Shown piece after piece: positions 32,599 to 40,853 of a stretch of DNA of 64,000 nucleotides (its first letter is position 1; each line of letters starts with the position of its first letter). The translations under genes and the position numbers were made by a program. This DNA comes from an uncultured Gammaproteobacteria bacterium (lineage in GTDB: Bacteria > Pseudomonadota > Gammaproteobacteria > GCA-002705445 > GCA-002716945). The stretch spans positions 6,352-70,351 of the forward strand of contig CACAVP010000001.1 of assembly GCA_902535975.1 (NCBI GenBank), written 5' to 3'. Below the pieces are notes generated by a model. That model made no database searches and had not been told where the DNA came from. It worked only from the letters and a program-made list of their open reading frames with translations.

Positions 32599-34390
32599 GA
32601 ACAGGGATTATCATATTCTCCTGAAGCTCTTCTTTGCTCAAAAATGGTGATAAATCCTCTAAAGGTGGTGAAGTTATTGTGCCATCCGGATGCTGCTTGG
32701 CCCCTAATTTAGGTTCGAAGCGTTGATTTGGATCTACAAAGACCTCGAGTATGCCAGACGATTTTTTCAGAAGTTTTTTGACTTCTCTCTCTAATTTACT
32801 TATATCTTTGCATGCTTCGTATTTAAAACCAAATGAGGAAGCAATTTTTCTGAATGACGGAAAAGTGACGCCACTTTTAGGACCAGAGCCAAATTCTTTT
32901 CCATTGAAGAAATTTTTTTGAGTTTGGAACATTGATACATACCCTTTATTGTTAATGATTATTATTTTTATTGGTAGTTGATTTGATTTGATAGTTTCTA
33001 GTTCTTGAAGATTCATCATAATGGAACCATCGCCTGTAATACATACAATGTCTTTCATGCCACTGCTATAGCATGCACCAATTGCCGCAGGTAAATCATA
33101 ACCCATTGTCGCGGACCCTGAGTTAGACCAAACCCTCTGGCCTTTTTTTATTTTAAATGCCTGGTGAGTTGTTACCACGGCCGTACCGTTTGCTGTTATA
33201 ACAATGTCATTATTTTTCATATTATTTGAGAGTATATCGATCAGACAGTACGGATTAATTTGTTTTTTAGGATTATAAAATTCATCCTTTACGACAGGAT
33301 ATTTTATTTTTCTTTTTTTACACCACGTAATCCAATCATTATGAAGCATAAGTTTATTTCGTATTTTCTGAGTTAATCTGGGGAGAAATATATTTAGATT
33401 TTTATGAACTTTTAAGTATGGTTTAACTGTATGTTTATTGAGTTCTGTTTTATCAACATCAACCCAGATAATTTTTGATGCTCTTGCAAACATTTTATAA
33501 TTGTAACTAACTTGTCTTATGTTAAGTCTAGAACCTAATACAAGGAGTAGATCAGAATTTTGAACAGCAAAGTTTCCTGCTCTATCACCAACCGTACCAG
33601 CTTTGCCAATATATAATTTATGGTCTTCCCATATCACATCTTGAGAGTTGAAAGAGGAAACTACTGGAATATTTAATAAATTTACCAGCTTAATGAAGTC
33701 TGCATGTTTACCCGACAATCTTATTCCACTTCCGCAATATATTACAGGCCTCTTTGATTTTTTGATTAGTGAGAGGATTTTTTTTAATTTATTATCAAGT
33801 TCTTTTTTATTTTCTACTATTCTTGGAGGAACATATCTCTTCATCTTTTTTATATCCACCATTGCTGCCTGAATATCCAAGGGTATATCAAGCCAACATG
33901 GTCCTGGTCTGCCAGATTTAGCTAAATAAATTGCTTTTTCAAGATCATATAGAACATCTTTAGCTTTTGTAATCATCTTAGAAAACTTTGTTATTGGTTT
34001 GATAACTGGAATTATATCTAGTTCTTGATCACCTAATTGTCTGAGAGGAACTTTTGAGGCGCTAACAGTTGTCTCTAGTTTTACTTGTCCAGATAGGACG
34101 ATCATTCCAATACTATCGACAAAAGCCCCATAAACGCCAGTTATAGCATTTGTCCCTCCTGGCCCTGATGTGACATTTAGAGCGCAGAGGTTGTTATTAA
34201 GTCTATAAAAAGATTCTGCAGCTATGCTAGATGCTTGCTCATGGTGATTGTAAATTACGTTGAATCTTTCATTTATAGAAAATGAATGATTAAGATGCAT
34301 AGACCCTCCCCCAGTGACTGAAAAACATGTGTTTATCCCATGTTTAGCCAAAGTTGTTACTATAAGGTCACTTACTTTTACAGTTGTCAT
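32591..34390 (-). CDS. thiamine-diphosphate-dependent enzyme, acetolactate-synthase-like (YerE-type sugar branching enzyme candidate)
   Basis: N-terminal TPP_enzyme_N. Central domain. C-terminal GDGS...MNLQELETI TPP-binding motif. Adjacent to ddhA/ddhB. Confidence 0.7.
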   Translation of the reverse strand: MTTVKVSDLIVTTLAKHGINTCFSVTGGGSMHLNHSFSINERFNVIYNHHEQASSIAAESFYRLNNNLCALNVTSGPGGTNAITGVYGAFVDSIGMIVLSGQVKLETTVSASKVPLRQLGDQELDIIPVIKPITKFSKMITKAKDVLYDLEKAIYLAKSGRPGPCWLDIPLDIQAAMVDIKKMKRYVPPRIVENKKELDNKLKKILSLIKKSKRPVIYCGSGIRLSGKHADFIKLVNLLNIPVVSSFNSQDVIWEDHKLYIGKAGTVGDRAGNFAVQNSDLLLVLGSRLNIRQVSYNYKMFARASKIIWVDVDKTELNKHTVKPYLKVHKNLNIFLPRLTQKIRNKLMLHNDWITWCKKRKIKYPVVKDEFYNPKKQINPYCLIDILSNNMKNNDIVITANGTAVVTTHQAFKIKKGQRVWSNSGSATMGYDLPAAIGACYSSGMKDIVCITGDGSIMMNLQELETIKSNQLPIKIIIINNKGYVSMFQTQKNFFNGKEFGSGPKSGVTFPSFRKIASSFGFKYEACKDISKLEREVKKLLKKSSGILEVFVDPNQRFEPKLGAKQHPDGTITSPPLEDLSPFLSKEELQENMIIPVHE

Positions 34391-35424
34391 TTATCTTTGT
34401 TCCATTGGTAGGTTCTCTCTATTGCTTCATTTAAAAATACAGATTGTTGAATACCGCTACAACTAATAATTTTATTATTATCAGGGACATATCTTGAAGT
34501 ATTCCATCCTACATCCTTTTTATCTTCAACTACGTAACTACTATGATATTTTGATGCAATCATATCAGCTAACTTAGATATTGATACGCATTCTTTTGAG
34601 CCAAGATTATATGATCCGCTTGTATTATCATCAACAAGGAGAAATAACATCCATAGTACCAGATCTGTTGGATAGAGATACGAGCGTACAGGCTTACCAT
34701 TTCCTTTTACAACAATTTTTTCTTTTTTTAATGCATTATCTATAAAATTACCTGCAGCAAAATGTATATCAAGAGAAAGCATTGGTCCAAGTAGTGCAAA
34801 TATCCTTGCATTTGCATATTTGAGGTTATATTTTTTACTATATAGTGCAAATAATGATTCAGATGAGCGTTTAGCCTCGGCATATGCATGAAGTGCGTTT
34901 GACGTATCTGGTGCAGATCTCTCTGACTCCTTGATATATTCGATATTACTATCTTGAACGCCATATATTGCCCCAGAGCTGAGGTTCAGTGCTCTGCCAG
35001 TAAATTTTTTCTTTTTTAGTTCTGAAAGAATTCTTTTTGTGCCATCAACTACTACTGAAAACATTTCTATTGGGTCTTTTTCGTTAAGTTCTGCACTTGC
35101 TGATGTTGCACCATGTACTAAGTAATCATAATTACAGTTTAGTGACATCTCTCTTATATCTGATTGGATTACATGAATCGATTGATTAGTAAAATCTATG
35201 TATTTATTTTGATACAATCTTTCTTTATCTCTTGTTAAGACATGTAATGTGTATGAGCAACCTGTCAATTTTTGATAATGAAGGAGGGATGATATTAGCC
35301 ATTTGCCTATGAATCCAGTACATCCGGTTAAAAGAATTTTTTTATTATCAAGTTTTTTCAGATACTTACCACCAACTTCGGTGATGTAATCTAGGTCATC
35401 ATTAATACACCACCTTTTATTCAT
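34387..35424 (-). CDS. NAD(P)-dependent epimerase/dehydratase family protein (extended SDR; sugar nucleotide reductase/epimerase)
   Basis: ILLTGCTGFIGKWL Rossmann fold. YAEAK catalytic motif. Confidence 0.6.
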   Translation of the reverse strand: MNKRWCINDDLDYITEVGGKYLKKLDNKKILLTGCTGFIGKWLISSLLHYQKLTGCSYTLHVLTRDKERLYQNKYIDFTNQSIHVIQSDIREMSLNCNYDYLVHGATSASAELNEKDPIEMFSVVVDGTKRILSELKKKKFTGRALNLSSGAIYGVQDSNIEYIKESERSAPDTSNALHAYAEAKRSSESLFALYSKKYNLKYANARIFALLGPMLSLDIHFAAGNFIDNALKKEKIVVKGNGKPVRSYLYPTDLVLWMLFLLVDDNTSGSYNLGSKECVSISKLADMIASKYHSSYVVEDKKDVGWNTSRYVPDNNKIISCSGIQQSVFLNEAIERTYQWNKDK

Positions 35425-36466
35425 CTAAATATTCGTGTATCTGTTTTTTAGAAAATTCTAACATATCCTTGTTATTCATATATGCTTTGTACCATTCTAC
35501 AGTAGCAGTCAGAGACTTTTCAAAACTCCACTTTGGAATCCAATCTAAATCTCTGCGTGACTTTGTTATATCTAAATAAAGCAACCCTGCCTCGTGATCA
35601 AACTTTTCTCTAGAGATATCATAGTTCAGCTCAGGCAATTCTATTTTCATGTACTCGACTACGTCTCTAACCGTTTTATGTGAGGTTTCATTCGGCCCAA
35701 AATTCCATGAGCCTTGCACATTTTCAACAGAATATAACCTCTCTGCAAGCTCCATATAACCAATAAGTGGTTCTAGTACATGTTGCCATGGTCTTACAGA
35801 GTCTGGATATCTTATCAGTAGCTGCTTATTAGAGATAATTGATCTAAAAATATCTGGTATTAATCTATAATTTGACCAATCTCCGCCTCCAATAACATTA
35901 CCAGCTCTTGCAGTTACTGCCCGAGGAATCTCTTTAAAGAAAGAAGATATGTATGCTGACGTTACGATCTCAGAGCAGGCTTTTGATGCAGAATATGCAT
36001 CATGACCACCAAGCTCGTCTGTTTCTTTATATCCTGTGTTTTTTTCGAGATTCTTATAACATTTATCAGATGTTACATTTACAAAAGCTTTTATATAATC
36101 AAAAGTTCTTACAATTTCGCAGATATTAACACTTCCAATTACATTTGTTTCAAAAGTATTAACCGGATCTTTATATGATTCTTTGACTATGCTTTGTGCG
36201 GCCATATGAAAAATAACTTCCGGTCTGTGCTCCGATACTAAGCTATGCAGATTGTTATAATCTTTAATGTTAGAAATATTACTTTTACAAACAGTATCTA
36301 ATTTATTTGTTTGAAATATCGAAGGCGTTGTATTCGGCTCTAACGATACACCTACTATTTCAGAGCCAAGTTCATTTAAAAGCATGGTTAACCATGAGCC
36401 TTTAAATCCTGTGTGACCAGTTATAAGGACCTTTTTATTTTTCCAAAAGTTAGTCTTTAAAGTCAT
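35417..36466 (-). CDS. rfbG: CDP-glucose 4,6-dehydratase
   Basis: FWKNKKVLITGHTGFKGSWL N-terminus typical of DdhB/RfbG. YSASK. Confidence 0.85.
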   Translation of the reverse strand: MTLKTNFWKNKKVLITGHTGFKGSWLTMLLNELGSEIVGVSLEPNTTPSIFQTNKLDTVCKSNISNIKDYNNLHSLVSEHRPEVIFHMAAQSIVKESYKDPVNTFETNVIGSVNICEIVRTFDYIKAFVNVTSDKCYKNLEKNTGYKETDELGGHDAYSASKACSEIVTSAYISSFFKEIPRAVTARAGNVIGGGDWSNYRLIPDIFRSIISNKQLLIRYPDSVRPWQHVLEPLIGYMELAERLYSVENVQGSWNFGPNETSHKTVRDVVEYMKIELPELNYDISREKFDHEAGLLYLDITKSRRDLDWIPKWSFEKSLTATVEWYKAYMNNKDMLEFSKKQIHEYLDE

Positions 36467-37223
36467 GCCAAGGGAATATTTTCTTAGACTGAGCTAGGTC
36501 ATTCAGATAATTCATGTCTCTCAATGTATCCATCGGTTGCCAGAAAAGTTCATGTTTATAAGCGCTAAGTTCATTTTTATCAGCCAATTTTTCAAGTGGC
36601 TCTCTTTCCCATATAGTCATGTCATTATTAATATAAGAGAATATTTCTGGCTCAAGAACAAAAAAACCTCCGTTTATCCAACCTGATTCTCCAATAGGTT
36701 TTTCAACAAATTTAGTTACAGATCCATTATCTAATGATACAGACCCAAACCTACCTTGTGGTTTAACTACTGTCATTGTTGAGATTTTTTTTGACTCCTT
36801 ATGGTGATCTAATAGTTTATTAATATCGATATTACCTACACCGTCACCATAAGTAAGAAAAAAGGTCCCATCTATATATTTTTTGATTCTTTGAATGCGG
36901 CCACCTGTCATTGTAGTTTCACCTGTATCAACTAACGTGACTCTCCAATTCTCCGAGTTATTTGAATGAACTTCCATCTTATTTTCTTTGAGATTAAATG
37001 TAATATCAGAATTACGAAGCAGAAAGTTAGAAAAATATTCTTTGATAGTATAACCTTTATAGCCACAACAGATTATAAAATCAGACACACCGTAGTAAGA
37101 ATATATCTTCATTACATGCCATAGAATTGGTTTGCCAGCAATCTCCACCATTGGTTTAGGCACTCTTGATGTCTCCTCTGAGAGTCTTGTTCCTAGGCCG
37201 CCAGCAAGAATTACTGCTTTCAT
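36450..37223 (-). CDS. rfbF: glucose-1-phosphate cytidylyltransferase
   Basis: MKAVILAGGLGTRLSEET..PKPMVEIAGKPILWHVMKIYS...FIICCGYKGY almost co-linear with Salmonella RfbF. Confidence 0.9.
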   Translation of the reverse strand: MKAVILAGGLGTRLSEETSRVPKPMVEIAGKPILWHVMKIYSYYGVSDFIICCGYKGYTIKEYFSNFLLRNSDITFNLKENKMEVHSNNSENWRVTLVDTGETTMTGGRIQRIKKYIDGTFFLTYGDGVGNIDINKLLDHHKESKKISTMTVVKPQGRFGSVSLDNGSVTKFVEKPIGESGWINGGFFVLEPEIFSYINNDMTIWEREPLEKLADKNELSAYKHELFWQPMDTLRDMNYLNDLAQSKKIFPWHDFKD

Positions 37224-37255
37224 AATAATCTCTGTAATATTTAAACTTATCTAAA

Positions 37256-38497
37256 CTAAAGTTTATGAGTAATGCAATAGTTTTTCAAACCTATAATTGT
37301 TGAATCAATAGCACTTGTACATTTCACAACTTTTAAATTTGTATTGTACTCTAATACTTCACAAAATTCAGGAATTTTCACACCAAGTGCACCAGTTACA
37401 TATATTTTTTTAAAATCTTGATAGCGTTTGATATCGTTGACGATAGATATATACTGATTAACAAGTGCCTTTTTTATAGAGTATATATAATCATCGATCT
37501 CGTTGATATTATCAATAGATGTTAAATTCTCATTTTTTTTATAACCATACAATCCTTTTATTATGCTCAGATTAATTTCATATTCATTATCATGATTTAT
37601 GTTATTACTAGTCTTGAATAACTTGTTCCAAAAAATAGAATCAATATTTTCATCAAATAGTGAATCGACATAAGAAGCATATTCATTAAGTACTCTGCCA
37701 CAAGGAATGTGCGTTAATGTATTAATGAATTTTTTATTCGCAAAGGGTCTAATTTCATAAGATAGATTTGGGGAATATTCCATGGAAACCTGAGAGCCTG
37801 TTCCCAGGTTTATGTTTACACTTGAAGACAAGTCAATTGACATTATAGCTGCTTGTAGATCACCTAAACCTCCATATATAGGGATATTTTTTTTTGAATA
37901 ATTTATATATCCAAGTGTTTCACTATATGATGAAACATCGTAAGTAATAATTTCTGTCTCATCCAAACTCTTCATCCAACTATTGTTCCAGATATCAAAT
38001 AATCCAGTGGCAGCAGCAAGATGTATGGATGTTTTATTGCTCCATGAACCATTTAAAAGAATTAAGGCGTCTATAAGTGAAAGGAGATGGCTTTTTTTAT
38101 GAAAATTTTCATGATACTTTAGATTGATTCTTGGTAACCCGACTTTGTCATTAATGCCAGTAATTTTTAACAAGCTGTCGTCTGGGCTTTGTATATTTTT
38201 TTCTTTGTTATGTGATAAATCTGCTCTCCATGATATATACAAATCTTCTTCTAATGGTGGCAAAGATTCAGATAATATAAATCCATGCATTTCAGAGCAT
38301 ATGGCTATTTTGTCAATGTCATGATGATATTCAAGATGTTCATGAAATCTCTCATTTATATACCTTAATGTTACTTTTGATCTTTCATTGAAAAATGTTC
38401 CAGGAGTGCTAAAAATATCTGACAAGACTTTAGTTTCAGAATTAAATAGCGATGATTTTACTCGACTAGCACCAAAGTCTATCAATAATATATTCAC
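37256..38497 (-). CDS. ASKHA-fold putative sugar/cyclitol kinase (hypothetical)
   Basis: N-terminal LLIDFGASRVK resembles the phosphate-1 motif of the actin-like ATPase/sugar kinase superfamily. Overlaps the DHQS-like gene by 4 nt. Confidence 0.3.
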   Translation of the reverse strand: MNILLIDFGASRVKSSLFNSETKVLSDIFSTPGTFFNERSKVTLRYINERFHEHLEYHHDIDKIAICSEMHGFILSESLPPLEEDLYISWRADLSHNKEKNIQSPDDSLLKITGINDKVGLPRINLKYHENFHKKSHLLSLIDALILLNGSWSNKTSIHLAAATGLFDIWNNSWMKSLDETEIITYDVSSYSETLGYINYSKKNIPIYGGLGDLQAAIMSIDLSSSVNINLGTGSQVSMEYSPNLSYEIRPFANKKFINTLTHIPCGRVLNEYASYVDSLFDENIDSIFWNKLFKTSNNINHDNEYEINLSIIKGLYGYKKNENLTSIDNINEIDDYIYSIKKALVNQYISIVNDIKRYQDFKKIYVTGALGVKIPEFCEVLEYNTNLKVVKCTSAIDSTIIGLKNYCITHKL

Positions 38498-39669
38498 ATC
38501 TGGCTTAAATTCTTAATTGTCTCATTGATTCGCTTATCACTCACTTCGTCAAGAGAGAAGTCAATAAATCTCATATCACCAATCCTGCTTATAATTGCTA
38601 ATTTTAAGTTTGACCCGATAACCTTTTTGTCTCTCTTTAGAAATTCAATAAAAGAACTATTTTTTAATGTAAAGAAATAGTCCAGTGAGTTTTTTGGGAC
38701 TATATTCATAACTATGTCCCTGATAACAGAGATGGTATCAGATGATAAATCTAAAATAGATCTAGAAAGTTCATTTTCAACCATGATCCCGAGCGCAACA
38801 GCTTGTCCATGTGGAATTTTAAAATCAACCATTGCTTCAATAGCATGACCTATGCTGTGACCATAATTCATTGATTTCCTATGATTAAGCTCAAACTCAT
38901 CATATTCCACTACTGACTTCTTAACAGATAAAGATAGCTTTATCAGTTTATCAAGAATTTCCTTATCTGGCTTTAAGAGACTATCATTAGATATCAAATG
39001 GTAAATAAGTTTTTTATATTGTAAAAAAACTTCCTCCCCACCTGTGATCGCTAACCTAAGAATTTCACCATAGCCTGAAAATATATCATCTTTATTAAGA
39101 GTATAATTAAAATTAGTATCAATAATTATTTCTCTTGGGGCGGAAAAGAGTGCAATTAAATTTTTGGTACCATTATGGTTCAAACCCGTCTTGCCCCCTA
39201 CGCAACTATCACTTTGACCCAATAAAGTTGTAGGGATATATTTCCAAGGTATCCCTCTTTTAAAGGTAGCTGCTGCATAAGCTACTAGATCTTGAATAAT
39301 TCCTCCACCTAACCCATAAATACATGTTCCTCGGTTAGCATTATTTTCAAGAAGAAAATCACATATTCTGAGAGCTTCATGAATATTTTTATTATCTTCT
39401 ACAGCTTCAACAATATAGGTAGGATAACTATTTAAAGTATCGCGTAAATTAGGATAAATCCTCATTATATTTTTATCAGCTATAAATATATAATCTGAAT
39501 ATTTTTCGTTATTTAGATCTATCTTACTTACAACATTATCAGTAAATGTTACTTTATAGTCTCGCGGTGAGGATGATATGCACATAGTATTTGAATTATT
39601 CAAATCCACATTAAAATCTGAACCATCAATTAAAAAATTATATTCACTAGTTGTTCTCAAAAAAACCAC
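38494..39669 (-). CDS. 3-dehydroquinate synthase-like sugar phosphate cyclase
   Basis: GLGGGIIQDLVAYAAATFKRGIPWKYIPTTLLGQSDSCVGGKTGLN, GTKNLIALFSAP and ELNHRKSMNYGHSIGHAIEA...HGQAVALG align block-for-block with AroB/DHQS-family motifs. ~80 aa N-terminal extension. Confidence 0.75.
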   Translation of the reverse strand: MVFLRTTSEYNFLIDGSDFNVDLNNSNTMCISSSPRDYKVTFTDNVVSKIDLNNEKYSDYIFIADKNIMRIYPNLRDTLNSYPTYIVEAVEDNKNIHEALRICDFLLENNANRGTCIYGLGGGIIQDLVAYAAATFKRGIPWKYIPTTLLGQSDSCVGGKTGLNHNGTKNLIALFSAPREIIIDTNFNYTLNKDDIFSGYGEILRLAITGGEEVFLQYKKLIYHLISNDSLLKPDKEILDKLIKLSLSVKKSVVEYDEFELNHRKSMNYGHSIGHAIEAMVDFKIPHGQAVALGIMVENELSRSILDLSSDTISVIRDIVMNIVPKNSLDYFFTLKNSSFIEFLKRDKKVIGSNLKLAIISRIGDMRFIDFSLDEVSDKRINETIKNLSQM

Positions 39670-40330
39670 CTGCTATAAATCCACCATCGATAGTAATATC
39701 TTGGCCAGTTAGATACGATGCTTTTTCACTACATAGGTAAAGCGCCATGTTACTTATGTCTTTAACATTTCCTAGTCTCTTCAAAGGTATTCGTGTTTCC
39801 AGTTTTACGATATCTTCTTTTGGAAGATTATTTCTTGTAAGTTTAGTATCAATAAAACCAGGAGTAATTGAGTTTACACGGATATCGTATTGACTAAGTT
39901 CTAAAGCAAGGTTTTTCATTACACCTTGTAACGCATGCTTTGATACAGAATACGGAAATCTACCAACTCTTCCATAGCTCGAATAAAGTGAGGAAATTAT
40001 AACTATCGATGATGATTTGGATAATAAATTCTTTGTTATCAAGTAATGGACTATCTTTACAAATGACATAAAGTTAATATTGATTGATTTAAGTATTCTT
40101 TCAATATCATCAGATTCAAAATGATTCAATTTATTATCTGCAGCACAAAAAATTAAGTTGTCATAAACAGTTACAATTGATTGAAGATATTTATCAACAG
40201 AGTCTTTTGAAGATAAATCTAAATCTGATCTTGTTGTTGCGATAACATTACTTGTTTTTGAAAATTCATCAGAAATAGACGTCCCAATATCGCCATTTCC
40301 TGAAATTATAAGAGTATTTTTCATGCTCAT
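39647..40330 (-). CDS. short-chain dehydrogenase/reductase (classical SDR)
   Basis: IISGNGDIG glycine motif. YSVSK catalytic motif. 227 aa. Confidence 0.7.
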   Translation of the reverse strand: MSMKNTLIISGNGDIGTSISDEFSKTSNVIATTRSDLDLSSKDSVDKYLQSIVTVYDNLIFCAADNKLNHFESDDIERILKSININFMSFVKIVHYLITKNLLSKSSSIVIISSLYSSYGRVGRFPYSVSKHALQGVMKNLALELSQYDIRVNSITPGFIDTKLTRNNLPKEDIVKLETRIPLKRLGNVKDISNMALYLCSEKASYLTGQDITIDGGFIAGGFFENN

Positions 40331-40344
40331 AGTATAAGTTTACC

Positions 40345-40755
40345 TCAATCCTCAGCTTTAAATGTAATTTTACTCTGCCAAAGATATCCAAATAATATAA
40401 CAGGTATTGCAAACATATATTGAGCAATTACAGGATGTAGACTTAAATAATATATCAGAGCAGGTAATATTATTATATTAAATAAATAAACAATTACATG
40501 ATAAGTACTAAACTTGAATAACTCTGATATATAATTACCAGAAGTCTTAAATACATAAATCTTATTAGTCATGTATGCAAATAGGACGGAAATTATGTAT
40601 GATCCCGTAAGAATTTGGAGATAGTGAAAATTAAATTCAAATAATACAAAGTATAAAATTGGGAATATACTAAGACCTACTATAGTATTTACGATTCCTA
40701 CATAGAGATAACTTTTTAATTTATTCTCAGCCAACACGTTGGTACTATTTTTCAT
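40345..40755 (-). CDS. GtrA-family polyprenyl-phosphate-sugar flippase-like membrane protein
   Basis: 136 aa with four hydrophobic helices. Y.YVGIVNTIVGLSIFPILYF N-terminus typical of GtrA. Confidence 0.55.
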   Translation of the reverse strand: MKNSTNVLAENKLKSYLYVGIVNTIVGLSIFPILYFVLFEFNFHYLQILTGSYIISVLFAYMTNKIYVFKTSGNYISELFKFSTYHVIVYLFNIIILPALIYYLSLHPVIAQYMFAIPVILFGYLWQSKITFKAED

Positions 40756-40853
40756 GATATTTGAATATAGTTGCTCTATGTTAGAAAATGATAGTTCATA
40801 TAATGTAATTTTTCCACATAATAAATAAGTAATGTATTTAAGCTATTGAATGT

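Noticed and set aside
38494-39669. DHQS-like protein as part of a mycosporine-like amino acid (sunscreen) cluster, prompted by the photolyase-rich context
   Set aside because: No ATP-grasp, D-Ala-D-Ala-ligase-like/NRPS or small O-methyltransferase neighbour. It is embedded in a glycan operon with nucleotidyltransferase, flippase and transferase genes, so a glycan-linked cyclitol is the more parsimonious reading.
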